Of a stretch of 64,000 bases of DNA, positions 1-15,622 are shown piece after piece (position 1 is the stretch's first letter; every line of letters starts with the position of its first letter). Under the pieces are notes generated by a model that worked only from the letters and a program-made list of their open reading frames with translations, had not been told where the DNA came from and searched no databases. A program made the position numbers and the translations under genes. The DNA comes from Eledone cirrhosa (Eukaryota), in NCBI GenBank assembly GCA_964016885.1, contig OZ024746.1:80352001-80416000 (forward strand), in the 5' to 3' direction.

Positions 1-102
1 AGTTGATGTTGTGTAAATTCCAATGAGAGTGTCTTGTGTCTATGTTAGAAACCGACTCTCTCTCTATTGGTAAAACTTTGTGAAATTATAAAACCAGAAG
101 AA
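1..102 (+). mobile_element. 3' end of the same R4/Dong-like family
   Basis: Matches 40323-40413 and is followed by (CATA)n. Confidence 0.8.
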
Positions 103-551
103 CATACATACATATATGCGAACGTTTGTACATACTGTGAGATGACCACACAGTTTCAATCTATAAAATTCCACTGGGAATCAATGGTAAATATAAGTGG
201 TACAGAAGAAAACACTTGTTTAACGTACCGCATGGTGGAATCGAACCCAGTGCAGCATGGTTGATAGATGAACTTCATAACCATACGCCATTACATACAC
301 TTAATAATCGTTGTCTTCATTATGTATAAGTAAATATGCATTTTATGTGCGCATGCTCGTGTTTGCCAGTGTATCTATTTATACAGGAGTGTATTTTATG
401 TGGGAATGTGTATTGTATGTGTGTGTGTGTTTAACAGGCGGGAGAATAGATCCAAAATGGCGGATTGTGATTGTATTTGTACGTATTTATTTGATGGCAT
501 ATTATAATAAATATATATATATATATATATACGTACATAAACAGACACAGG

Positions 552-583
<32 letters not shown>

Positions 584-631
584 TGCACACACACACACGT
601 ATTTACATATATATATATATATACATATATA

Positions 632-735
<104 letters not shown>

Positions 736-1275
736 AGTGATAGACAGATAGGGAGAGATGTATAAATGTGCATATATATATGTGTGTGCGTGCGTGTGTG
801 TATGTGTGTGGTGCACATATAGAGATGGCGGCGGAGATGCATGAGATAGAGTAAAGCGGTTTATATGACATTTTTCTCCTTCTTTTCACTATTTTTTTTT
901 GTTTTTGGTTTCTTCGTTTTCTTTATAGTGTTTCAGTTTTTCTTTTTTTCTTTTTTTTTTTAGAGTTTATGATATTTTAGTTGTTTCTGTTTTGTTTTGA
1001 TTATTTTTTTCCTAGTCCATCCAGCCTAGATATATACATACACCTTATATATCTTAACAGAAAGCAAATATTGACTCATATCCCATTCTCTCAACTACAC
1101 ACTTAGCTTTTTATCTTGCGATATTTACAAAGAAGAAAGAAACACAGCTGTTGTACGGTAGTTTATTAGCATTTCACATCTAAATATAATGTTTGTAGTC
1201 ACAGAACAAACATGTCTCCTCCTCTATATGATCGTACACAGATGTGTGTCTACGTGTAAGTGTCAATGTGCACCA

Positions 1276-2200
<925 letters not shown>

Positions 2201-2285
2201 TTAAAGCATATGTAACTTGATACCTTCTAAAATATGCAATCATCAAGGGATTTAAAAAATCCAACGACGTGAGAATATGTATTAT

Positions 2286-2498
2286 TGATGGACTGGCAGA
2301 ATCGGTAGAGGGTAGGGCGCCATGCTTTCCAGCATAGTGTTACGTCCCTTTACGGTCTGAGTTCAAATCCCGCCGAGGTTGACTTTGCCTTTCATCCTTA
2401 CAGGGTCGATAAAATAAAGTACCAGTTACGCACTGGGGTCGATTTAATCGACTTTCCCCTTCCCCAAAATTGCTTGCCTTGTGCCTATATAAGAAACC
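2286..2498 (+). mobile_element. tRNA-derived SINE family A (representative copy)
   Basis: A-box-like TGGCAGAATCGGTAG, B-box GAGTTCAAATCCC, conserved body CTTTGCCTTTCATCCTTACGGGGTCGATAAAATAAAGTACCAG. Other copies at about 7022-7182(-), 9646-9810(+), 28760-28940(+), 29606-29784(-), 31357-31510(+), 34670-34856(+), 35040-35517(-, three), 37370-37552(-), 38262-38420(-), 43451-43668(+), 47360-47415(-), 49765-49885(-). Confidence 0.9.
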
Positions 2499-2694
2499 AT
2501 TATTATTAGTAGTAGTAGGGGTGGTGGTGGTAGTAGTAGTAGCAGTAGTAGTAGCAGTAGTAGTAGTAGTAGTACATAATGTTAATACTTGGCAAATATA
2601 TATATGTATATATAATATATATATATATATATACATTTATACACGATACACACACAAACCGCTGGACGCCGCTGTCGGGATTTTACATATCTCT

Positions 2695-2801
<107 letters not shown>

Positions 2802-2803
2802 GT

Positions 2804-2889
<86 letters not shown>

Positions 2890-2991
2890 GTATATATATA
2901 TATGTATATATATATATACATATATATATATTTGCATACGTGTGTGTCTGTATCTTTTTTAATATAGTTATATTTTCATACATACAATCCC

Positions 2992-3091
<100 letters not shown>

Positions 3092-4179
3092 CAGTGTATG
3101 CATGCATTTATATTGATTTTTAGAGTGTGAAACAGGTTGGGGTGACAGTGAAGTGAGCATCTAATACATTTAGTAGCCTCCATTGCGGAAATAGATAAAT
3201 ATATGAATATACTTAAACAATAGCAGCAACCATAGCAACTATAAAGCAACAACAACTGCAGCAACAACAACAGCAGCAATGGTTGCAGCGACAGCAGCAA
3301 ACAATAACTTCAAAAACAACGACTATTCAAAACAATAACAACACCAATCACATCAGTAGCATCAAGCCTTCTTGTTGCGCCTTTTCTCCTTTTATTGTCA
3401 TTATTTATTACTATCATTATTGTTGTCATAAACATTATTGTGACCCATCGCTTTCTTTTGATAAGGAAGAGCGCCGGGGTAGTCTTCCTCCTTTCATCTT
3501 GTGGCTATGGTGAAGGACGTAGTTGTATATTGGGTTCTGTTTGAAAGGTTTGTGGACTGAGCTTGTTTTCACAGGCAAAGCCCTCATTAACGTTTTCTAA
3601 TACCACTTGAAGAGGAATGTGAGGTCAGTGAGTTGGGTCCTGTCCTCCTGTAAAATTTATGAAAGGTATTGTGACTTGTGAGTGTCGTGAAAGTGGCCTT
3701 ACTAAATGAATCTACTCTAACTATTCGGCAGTATGCAAGTCCTGAGAGATAGTAGTTGCTTTGTTATGTAAGGCAGAGAAGGATTACACTTGCAATTATT
3801 TATGGTAAGCAGCAAAGAAAACAAAAACCTAGCGGTAATTGGTAAAGACTCTCAAAGAAGGAGGAGATCATTTCAAGAATTTGAGAATTAATTTGACAAA
3901 ATTAATTTACATGTTTAAGGGGAAATCTGACCTTGATTAGAAAGTAAGGTGGCAGCTACGACATTGTTTCCGTCTCATTTGACAACGTCAGCGATGTATA
4001 GTCAAACTCGAGTTTGCTTAATCAGCCAACAAAGGATTTTACAAATATAAAAATAAGTTCGAAGATGTTTGGCCAGTAGTAATTTGCAAACTTAAAAAAT
4101 AAAATGAGCTTCGGAAAAATAATCCCATGGTAATCTACTATATTTATGATGGCATGACTAATATTAGATATCCCGTAGG

Positions 4180-5220
4180 TTTGTTGTCGATTCTTTCATG
4201 CATGACCATAATCGTCATCTGTCTAAATCTCTGCCTGGGGGGTATAATATCTGGAGAGAGAACATGAGAACGCCTTAATAGTAGATAAAGAGGCCAGATT
4301 CTAAAATGGTTTCAATGTAAGTTACCAGCATAACTCAATGCAATGACAACGAATAGAAATAGATGGAAGGAATATGTCCCTGACGTTTTGTATTCTGCTG
4401 TACTTGGAAATAAGGATCTAAGATCATATTCATTGGAGCTAGGGTGTCATATTGTCGTATTACAGACCATATCACTCCATTTTATTTGCCTTTTGGCAAT
4501 TGACGGAAGCGTTTCGTGGCTCGCAGTCTTCTCAACAAGGTCTTTCCTAACACAATTGTTAGTTTGATGTTCTGTCTATGAAATGAAAAACATCTTTCCA
4601 TAACATTTCATTTCGACGTCCATCGCACATGCCGTTGAAATTATTATTGCTCTTTAAAAAATGTTTGTTGTTATTGTAATCTTTTTATTTTTCAAAACAA
4701 ATTCTAATTTGGATAAAATTGCTGTAACTATTGCAATACGGCATTTTCCTTCTTTATTTGATCTCTATATTCTGATATTGTTCTTTACGAATATTTAAAT
4801 TCATCATCAATTTGTTTGAACGTCTTCCCTCTTATTCTAAAATGGATTGTTTATGCTCATTTTGCTTTTACTAGTTTCTCATTGTTTTGCCTTCTTTTTT
4901 CTACAACTTAATTCCATTCCATATCTTCTTGTAGCTGTATCAAGGCATGTTGTTAGATCTCTAACTTCTTCCTCATTTATTCTATTAAATCAATATCATC
5001 GACAAACGGAGATTACTGACTTTTTACCTTCTACTTTAACATTTCTTTCAAAAGACACAAAGACATCCGTCATTATGTATTCTAGAATCACATTCTGCTT
5101 CTATTATTAATTTCCTGTTGATCAACCACAGCCAGGTTTATTAACACGAAATTGATATTTACCATAGAATAGTTTATTTTCACATCTATCTTTCGTTTAT
5201 TTCTTTAAATTTACCTTCGA
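4180..5220 (-). mobile_element. Degraded RTE-clade LINE fragment
   Basis: Minus-strand translation across frameshifts gives SNLRF.DDIDLIE, EEEVRDLTTCLDTATRRYGMELS and EMKCYGKMFFIS*TEHQTN, typical of RTE ORF. Confidence 0.75.
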
Positions 5221-6110
5221 CAGTTTCTATTGGATTAACCAGGAGGAAAAGGCAACATTCATATTTTCTGCGGGCCATTCAAGACCCGAGAAATCAGAAC
5301 AGCTAACGTTTTTTTTAAACGTTTGCAAATCGACGGTTGCAAGATAAAACATGTGCAGGGCTGGAATTCCAAAGGGCTGACGTCTGTGGAGAAAAAGATT
5401 ACTGCAGTGGTTAATGTAAGGCCGGAAAATTGACAGAATATGAATGATGAAAGAAGGAGAAACGAGTAAGTTGAAAATGCTTGGGTGCAAACGGAATGAG
5501 ACCAACCAGCACCGAGTAGCAGAATCTACTATAGCAGTGGTAGAAAATAAAGGGAAAGGAAACAGCCTATGTGTGTATTCGTAAGCGATTTTATGACAAT
5601 TATTCAAGTGTCCTTTCTTTGCATGCGACGTGTGTAGTAGTACCGTCTTGAGCTTTGTAAAGGGTTGGTTGTATTTGAAGGTTAAATTATTTTCCGACTT
5701 TGAAGGGGGGAAGGCTTTATTATGTTAATATATACTTTCGCTGGGTGGGACACCAGTGATGATAAAACCTAACATTTGCAGTCCCTGTGAGGGTCCCAGT
5801 TGCGTGTTATTCCTGTTTAGGGTGGAGTAGGGTACAATAATATTTTCTTGATATGTGTAGTGATTATATCTTTATGCTATTGAAAGAGACAAATTTGGCA
5901 TGAGTCCGTTAGAAGATATTTTCGAGATTTGGTTTGGGCTATTTAGGCTACACTTGAGTAGGCAACATTAGCGAGTAATAAAAGGTGGTATTATCTGTGT
6001 TGGAGTGCGCGTTGCTGAAGGATAGACCAAATAGGACGTTAATATATAGGAAAAATAGTGTGGAAGACAAAGTCGAAAGTTTGAGCACATTAGGAGTTGA
6101 TAGATTGGGG

Positions 6111-6171
<61 letters not shown>

Positions 6172-6680
6172 CTCTATCACTCCGTGTAGTGTGATCAGCT
6201 GTGCTGTGATCGGATGATACAGCAGGATTCCACTGATCTAAGAGACAAGAAACGAATGGAGTTCAATGATGAACTGTTTTGCCAGGATATTCCGATGCCA
6301 GATACGGTCGAAAGCTTTGTCGATGTTGAGAGTAAAAGCACTGTTTTCACCAAATGTCTCAAGGGTGAAAACCCACTTTCTTTCGAATGACATAAGAGAA
6401 TAAATTTCCATTAGATTTAGCTTTATGAAAGGTTAATGACTTCACAGAAGAAAACAATAGGAAAAGTTGTTAAGTAAAAGGTCCGGGGTGAAGAACCGGT
6501 GAGATGAAGAGGAGCATGTGTATCACGTGTGTTTTGATGGAGAATTACATAGCTTGGTAGAATAGTGGAATAGGATTCGTTGTGTAGTGGTAGAAGTAAC
6601 AAAGGTTGATACATATCATCAATGTTTTAAGTGGTTTTAATGATTTGGTAGGAGTGCATCATACGACAATGATCAAAGCT
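5200..6680 (-). mobile_element. Degraded CR1/Jockey-group LINE fragment
   Basis: LNIDKAFDRIWH at ~6295-6330 and C-terminal ATVDLQTFKKNV at ~5305-5340; interrupted by (GA)n at ~6113-6167. Confidence 0.65.
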
Positions 6681-6833
6681 TAACAAATCTTTGCTTTAAT
6701 ATTGATATTAAATTTGATACTCTTGCTTGATTCAAAACCTTTGTAATCGATGAGTATTCCATTGAATTGCAATGCTAAGCTCAACTCTTTCCAAGTCACC
6801 CCCCACCCCCACCCCAACACACACACTCGCACG

Positions 6834-6880
<47 letters not shown>

Positions 6881-6890
6881 GCACGCACGC

Positions 6891-6965
<75 letters not shown>

Positions 6966-7786
6966 TATTGCAGCACGAAAGGGTTGCTGAAATAGCTATA
7001 ATGGTTTCTTATATAGACACAATGCAAGTAATTTTAGGGGGAAGGGGAAAGTCGATTAAATCGACCCCAGTGCGTGACTGGTACTTTATTTTATCGACCC
7101 CGTAAGGATGAAAGGCAGAGTTAACTTCGGCGGGATTTGAACTCAGATCATAAAGGGCCGTAACTCTATGCTGCAAAGCATGCAATGACAACAGTAATAA
7201 TAATATCAGCAACCACAGTAGTAACAGCAACTATAACAAATGCAACAACAACAACAACAGCAACATCCACAACAACAACGAGAGGATAAGAGCAACGACA
7301 GCTATGTTAATATGTGGCATGAGAAACGAATCCCTCCAGGTGAATATGAGTCTGTTTGTATTTTCCAATTATTCCCGCTGATATCTCCAAGTCAATCTCA
7401 CTAGATTTTCTGATGAGGTATTTTAATTTAACCTTTTACCTCAAAGGCATCCACGAGGCATTCAAGCTTACCATACACAGCTGTTCTATTTTTTGTCTGT
7501 GTTTGTATGTGTTTGTGTATATATGTATGTGTTTGTGTATATAAGTGTCTATACGTGTGTATGTCATGGGCGAGTGGGTGGTTTATTTTTTTTAGGAATA
7601 TTGCATATCTCTACATATCAATGAGCCTCACATGTGATAATACTTGTGCTGTGGTGATGTGCATGCCTTGTCTGAATTGTGTTAACTTCTGATGGTTCGT
7701 ATCCATTGATAATTGCTCATATCTATTTTTGCTCTCGACTTGAAATTACAGTAAGGATTTTATTGTCTAGTTAATTTAAAAGATGC

Positions 7787-7859
<73 letters not shown>

Positions 7860-8584
7860 ATGCACACACGCACACACACACATACACAGACGCACGCATA
7901 GACACATACACAGACCGATTGGCGACTGACGCACGCACAGAGACACATACACTCACAGACATACACACATATATACACACAAACAGACACACATACATGC
8001 GCAGATAGACATACGTACGGGCACAGACATACACACATACACACATATACACACAAACAGAGACGCATACGTGCGCAGATAGACATACGTACGGGCACAG
8101 ACATACACACATACACACATATACACACACACACACACATACACGCACATACATACACACAGACATATACACACACACGCAGACAATCATTCAGACAGTC
8201 AGTCAGACAGCAAACAGAGAGGCACAACACATATACACAAGACTCACACAAACACACACAGACACTCATATAGACAAACAGACACATACAAACACAGACT
8301 CACACAAACACGCAAACACACACAGACACTCACAGAGAGACAAACACAGACTCATACAAACACACTCACACAAACACACAGACACAGAAACACACACAGA
8401 CACGTAAACACACATATGCATATGATTGAATCTCGCATTTGTTTCGACGAAAGAAATGTCCAGTTATGCAACCGACGCAACTACTTGCACGTTATATATT
8501 TAGTGGGTGAGTGCGCTGAAGATACCTCTACAGATACCTGTGTCCTCGGCGTAATTCTCAACAACGGCCAGACTCAGTGTGACT

Positions 8585-9441
8585 ACGTAACAAGACTGGA
8601 CCTTTTATTTACAGTTGCAGCCCAATGTATGTAACATGGCTGACCATCTAAATTATAGCTCTTGTCAAATTTATGTAACATGACTGGTATTTCAAATTAC
8701 AGCTCTGGTCAAATTTGTGTAACATGACTGGTATTTCAAATTACAGCTCTGGTCAAATTTATGTAACATGACTGGTATTTCAAATTACAGCTATGGTCAA
8801 ATTTATGTAACATGGCCGACTATTCAGATTACAGCCATGGTCAAATTTATGTAACAAGACTGGTCTTTCAAATTACATCTATGGTCAAATTTATGTAATA
8901 TGGCCGACTATTCAGATTACAGCCATGGTCAAATTTATGTAACAAGACTGGTCTTTCAAATTACATCTATGGTCAAATTTATGTAACATGGCCGACTATT
9001 CAAATTACATTTATGGTCAACTTTATGTAACATGGCTGGCCATTCAAATTACAGCTATGGTCAAATTTATGTAACAAAGCCGGCCATTCAAATTACAGTT
9101 ATGTAACATGGCCGACTATTCAGATTACAGTTATGGTCAAATTTATGTAACAAAGCCGGCCATTCAAATTACAGTTATGTAACATGGCCGACTATTCAGA
9201 TTACAGTTATGGTCAAATTTATGTAACAAAGCCGGCCATTCAAATTACAGTTATGTAACATGGCCGACTATTCAGATTACAGTTATGGTCAAATTTATGT
9301 AACAAAGCCGGCCATTCAAATTACAGTTATGTAACATGGCCGACTATTCAGATTACAGTTATGGTCAAATTTATGTAACAAAGCCGGCCATTCAAATTAC
9401 AGTTATGTAACATGGCCGACTATTCAGATTACAGCTCTGGT
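8585..9441. repeat. 44-bp minisatellite with 88-bp and 76-bp higher-order repeats
   Basis: Unit ~GGTCAAATTTATGTAACATGGCCGACTATTCAAATTACAGCTAT; CAAAGCCGGCC recurs at 9075, 9151, 9227, 9303 and 9379 (period 76). Confidence 0.95.
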
Positions 9442-10359
9442 CCATTACTGAGAGACAAACTTTTTATTCACTCGATCATACGCCAGCAAATACACACACA
9501 GAGACACAGACACACAGACCTGCGCACTAACACCCCTCCCCACAGACACACACACACGATATAAGTGCCCACGAGCATTAAAAGATTTTCAAGGTCTAAC
9601 TCCCTTTAAAAGACGTTTTCTAGAAGAATCATTGATATTATTATAAGAGGGTCGGGCACCATGCTTCGACGCATAGAGTTATGGCCCTTGCCATTCTGAG
9701 TTCAAATCCCGCCGAGGTTAACTTTGCCTTTCATCCTTACGGGGTCGATAAAATAAAATACCAGTAATGCACTGGGTAATTGCTGGCCTTGTGCCAAAAG
9801 TAGAAACAATTATTACAAAGTATATGGCACAGTGAATGTGAAGACCCAGTCTTCGGCAATGTGTCTGGATGAGTGTATATGCATGTTTGTATGTGTGTTT
9901 GTATATATATATATGTATGTGGTTGTACATATTCATGTATGTGCGTGTGTATACGCGCTCGTGCGTGTGCGTGTGTGTGTATATATATGGGTGTATATAT
10001 GTGTATGTATGTGTATGTCTTTGTGTGTGCGTGTGTGTGTATGTGAGTATGTGTGTGTGTATGTAAGTATGTGTGAATGAGCATGTGTGTGCGTGCGCGT
10101 ATGTGTATGTGTGTCTGTATGTGTACGTCTGTGTGCGCATGGGCGAGCGTGTGTGTATGTGTGTGTGTGTATGTAAGTATATGTGTGAGCGTGTGAGCGT
10201 GTGCGAGTGAATAAAAATGTCTGTCTGTGTGTGTATGTGCGAGTGTGTGTATGTGAGTATGTGTGTGTGTGTGTGTATGTGAGTAGGTGTGTGTGTGTGT
10301 CTGTGTGTGTATGTCTGTCTCTGTCTATATGTGTGCCTGTATATGTATGTATATCTCTC

Positions 10360-10428
<69 letters not shown>

Positions 10429-10752
10429 CTGTGTAGACAAAAAATATATAAAGAAATGTGTATATAATTGAACCTCTATCGTTTCAGCAAATATAACGCA
10501 ATTATACGACTTTTGTAACTACTATCAATTTGAAAACTATTCAAAGAGCGACACTTTCGAGCTGTTAAAATCTTTTATGAATATTCCAATAGTATTATTA
10601 CGATATTCCTTGTCACAGACGATATCCAAGGCTATCTCACTTAATAACTGCTTGAAAAACACCAAGAACTTTTGTGAATAATGCCTCCAAGCCATCTTCA
10701 TAATAAGAAATATTTTTTATGTATATATATTTCTAGCTTTCTCTCAAAACTA

Positions 10753-10792
<40 letters not shown>

Positions 10793-10856
10793 CTTTTTTG
10801 CTTTCTTTCTTTCTTTGCTGACCATCTCCTATCTCTTTTTCTTTCTTGCCCCTCTG

Positions 10857-10952
<96 letters not shown>

Positions 10953-11266
10953 CCTCACTCTCTCTCTCTTTCTTTCTTTCTTTCTTCCCTATCCCTCTCC
11001 TATGTATTTTTATCTCTTTTCCTTTCCTGTCCTTCTCCCCTTCTTTCTCTCTTTCTTTGCTGTCCTCCACCCCCTCTCTCTTTCTCTCTCTCTCTCTCTT
11101 TCTTTCTCTCCCCTTCCCTCTCTCTCCCTATTTACTGGCTTTCTCGAGTTCTTTCCATCGCATTCCCTCACGCCCACTCTCCTTTTTTCTTCTTTTCAGA
11201 ATATATGCGTATATATGTATGTAGACAATCATGTTCTTGTTTTTCCCTTTCTCGAACGCTCATACG

Positions 11267-11365
<99 letters not shown>

Positions 11366-11394
11366 GCGCGCGCACACACACACGCACACACACA

Positions 11395-11577
11395 CATACA
11401 TATATATATGCATATTTAAAGAAACGTTTTTATATATGTTTATATATATTACGTATTACGTATGTATATATGAACAAACGTTTATATATGTGTGTGCGTG
11501 TGCACATACACACATACATATAAATATAAGCATAGACGTAAACATCACGCAACTTAAACACACAACACACAACACAC

Positions 11578-11623
<46 letters not shown>

Positions 11624-11803
11624 CACACATACATATATATATGCATATTTAAAGAAACGTTTTTATATATGTTTATATATATTACGTATTACGTATGTAT
11701 ATATGAACAAACGTTTATATATGTGTGTGCGTGTGCACATACACACATACATATAGATATAAGCATAGACGTAAACATCACGCAACTTAAACACACAACA
11801 CAC

Positions 11804-11810
<7 letters not shown>
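11395..11810. repeat. 233-bp tandem duplication bounded by (CA)n
   Basis: CATATTTAAAGAAACG at 11411 and 11644. Confidence 0.9.
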
Positions 11811-11852
<42 letters not shown>

Positions 11853-12214
11853 ACATACAAAACATAAAATGAAGGAAATCTCGCACATTTTCGTTGACAA
11901 GAAAATGGATTGTTTTATTAAAACCAGCAAGAGTGCTGTAATTGAATTCGAAGAAGAAATAATAGTTCGGATAGCTACTAGAGTGATATCTAGTGACAGG
12001 AAGTGTTGTATGTAAAATTTCCCTTGCAAACTGCCAAAGAAAACTAGAGATAGAGCGAGAATAAAATGCTTCGTGTGATATACGCCTGAGCAGATTGGTC
12101 CGGTCACCGGATATAGCTTCCATCCATCTTGAATATGGTCTATGAGTATTATGTGTGGTGTTTGTATATGTTTGTAGTTGTGTAGGTATGTTGCTATATA
12201 GGTCTGTGTGGGTC

Positions 12215-12318
<104 letters not shown>

Positions 12319-12411
12319 GCGTGTTTTGAAAGTATGCATAAATAATTGTAAAAGTATGTGTATCCATATGTATATTATATATGTATGTATATATATATAT
12401 ATGTATATATA

Positions 12412-12444
<33 letters not shown>

Positions 12445-13029
12445 GTGTACGTATATATACATACATATATATGTGTGTGGGTGTATATATGTGAGCGTAT
12501 ATATACATGTGTGCGTACATAGATATGTATCTTGCAAGTATGTATGCATGCATTTGTCTATGTGTTCGTGTATGTATGTATGTACACAAGTATGTATGTA
12601 TGTATGCATGTGTGTGTATCTATATAAGTGTCTGTATGCAAGTATGCAATTATGCAAGTATATATGTATGTATGTATATATATGTATGTATATATGTATG
12701 TGTGTATGTATGTATGCATGTATGAATGCATGTATGTATGTATGTATGTATGTATGTATGAATGTATGAATGTATGTATGTATGTATGTATGTATGTATG
12801 TATGCAAGTATTATGTGTATGTAGTGTGTATATATGTATGTATGTATGTATGTATGTTATATCAGATTTTTCCTTCTCCTAGAATTCTGCCTTGACAAGG
12901 GCTAAGGGGTCATCTCTCCCGGTAATTTTGGATGGCCATTGACTCTTAAGAGCTCCTTTGCCCTTTGACAGGTGTTTTAAGTCCTGCAGGATGTCCAAAG
13001 TCACTCTCCTCACCAAGAAACTTTGTACC

Positions 13030-13205
13030 ATCGTACCATGGGCCCAGCACTATGTGTCAATAATTGTCACAAGTGTAGTGTCTGTACCAGAGTTTTCAAG
13101 TCGCTGGCTGGACTAAAATGTCACACTCGTTCAGCGCATCAGTAGGGGTTCTCCTACATGGATATGAAGTAGTGGCCGTACTCGAAAACGAGTTGGCAGC
13201 CAACA
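13030..13205 (+). mobile_element. RTE-type 3' end with C2H2 motif and (TATG)n tail
   Basis: HKCSVCTRVFKSLAGLKCHTRSAH; near-identical to 60725-60900. Confidence 0.7.
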
Positions 13206-13600
13206 TGTATGTATGTATTTATATATGTATGTATATATATGTGTGTGTGTATATATATGTACATATGTATGTTGTGCAGAGGTGAAAAGCTTTTGTTTGA
13301 AAGCTAAGGAAAATTGAGAGGAGATTGAATTTTATTAAGCACTCCAAATACAGTGTTTAATATTACAAGTATTAATTCAGCTACTTCTACAGAATCCCCC
13401 CACCCCACCCCACCCCACCCCATCCCTCTCTTTCTCTCTCTCTATCTCTCTCTCTCTCTCTCTCTCGCCCGCGTGCGCTCACTTTCATTCTCTCTCACTA
13501 TCTATCTCTTTCTCCTTTCCCTTGTTTGTCTCTTTCTCTGGATCCCTCCCTCCATTCCCCTCTCTCCATATCATTCTTTCCCCCTCTCCCTTTATATGAC

Positions 13601-13656
<56 letters not shown>

Positions 13657-13916
13657 ACACACACACACACATATATATATAAATGTTTCTCCTTCTTTTG
13701 CAGAAGTAATGAAGATTTTATTTTTGTGGGTAGCTACAGTTACATAAATTCAATGTCATTGTTTTACTTACGAGATATACGACAACAAATTATGATGGCG
13801 CTTGATTTTGTGTGTAGAGTAATGGAGTCACGATCGTAAAATCATGATTTCGATTCCCGGTGCGTTGTGTTCTCCAGCCAGATACTTTAGCTCGCATATA
13901 TATACATATATATAAT

Positions 13917-13995
<79 letters not shown>

Positions 13996-14002
<7 letters not shown>

Positions 14003-14937
14003 CAATTCAATATATTTGGCAGAAAATAAAACGTAGATGCTTCAGATGCGATGTAAGGAGGGGAGAGGGGCAAAATTTACACAGTCGGAAACACAGTGGT
14101 CCAACACCGGTCCAATTTCGCCTTGGTTGACGCTTTGACTACTTCTTCTGGAAGCCGATTCCAGGATATAGAGATGCGTATCGAGAAAGCAGCTTTCCGT
14201 CTATTTAGGCGAAAGCGGCGGTGAAACAGATTTTGTCATGTCCACGTAGACCCCTTTCACGTGCCGGAGTGAATAGGAGATCTTGAGGGAGATCGTAATG
14301 GCCATTGAAGAGATTGTAAGCCAACATGAGATCGCCTCGACGCTCCAAGGAGAAGAGGTTCAGCTTCTGCAGCTGGCTTCCGTAGGGCAGCTCATGAAAA
14401 CCTTGTACCATACGAGTCGCTAGTCGTTGAACTCTCTCCAAGTGATGGATATCCCGGATGAGATATGGGTTTGATGCTTGGATGCCATATTCTAGGTGCG
14501 GTCTCACGAGGGCCACATAGAGAGGCCTGAACATTTCTGGAGTGAGTTTGGCAAAGGAGCGTCGAATAAGAAAAAGAGAGCTCCTTGCCTTGTTTGCGGC
14601 TTGAATGCAATGTTTTGATGGTTTGAAGGACGAGTCGACCAGCAGACCAAGATCTTTAGTCTTCTCAACCTCCTTCAAAGGAGTAGTGCCACCGTTGAAG
14701 GTAAGAGCTGAGTTATAAGGTCATTATCGACATTGAGGTATAAATCCCAGTCAATGGTCCAACTTGAGATTGTCGATCTCACTCCTACGGGCTACCATTT
14801 TCTCATCATCTGCAAATAGGAGCACGTTTCCACCAATCACGTCCGGCATGTCGTTGATGTATAGAAGGAAGAGAATTGGGCCCAACACAGAGCCCTGGGG
14901 AACGCCACTGCCTACATCCACCCCCGATGACAGACTG
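13996..14937 (-). mobile_element. 5'-truncated CR1/L2-group LINE with (TTGAA)n tail, in (TA)n
   Basis: [54 protein letters not shown]; TTCAA repeats at 13996-14010. Confidence 0.9.
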
Positions 14938-15048
14938 CTATATATATATATTTATGCGACCACCCATGTAAACTTTCATATCCGAAGAAGAGTCGGGATC
15001 CGATTGCATAATCAAACCCGAGCTGATCGATATGGAAACAAATTGTAA

Positions 15049-15508
15049 TCTCCTTATAATATATAACCAGCAATTGTCTATCTGTCTGTCCGACAGTGGA
15101 AACACGTGCGCGCGTGCGAATGTTTTTTGCGCACGCGTAGAGAGAGAGTGAGAGTGAAAGAAAGAGACAGACTACGAGAGGGGGATAGCGGGAGGGAGAG
15201 AGGGAGAGAGAGAGAGAGTGAATAGACGCTAAAACACGTGGGCGCGTGCGAATGTTTTTTGCGCACGCGTAGACAGAGAGAGAGAGTGAAAGAAAGAGAC
15301 AGACTACAAGAGGCGGATAGCGGGAGGGAGAGAGGGGGGAATTGAGGAGTGCTACAGAAACATATATACATTTCTGTGTGTGTGTAATATATATATATAT
15401 ACACACACAGAAATATATATATATACACACAGAAATATATATACATTTCTCTGTGTGTAATATATATATATATACACACAGAAATATATATACATTTCTG
15501 TGTGTGTA

Positions 15509-15543
<35 letters not shown>

Positions 15544-15569
15544 GAAATATATATACATTTCTGTGTGTG

Positions 15570-15622
<53 letters not shown>

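Noticed and set aside
2286-2375. tRNA gene suggested by A and B boxes
   Set aside because: Head of a multi-copy SINE; no cloverleaf.
7410-7450. CTGATGA followed by a GGTA/TACC stem
   Set aside because: No GAAA after the stem and no helix I or III.
8585-9441. Regular repeat array as possible CRISPR
   Set aside because: No unique spacers, no cas genes, eukaryotic context; it is a minisatellite.
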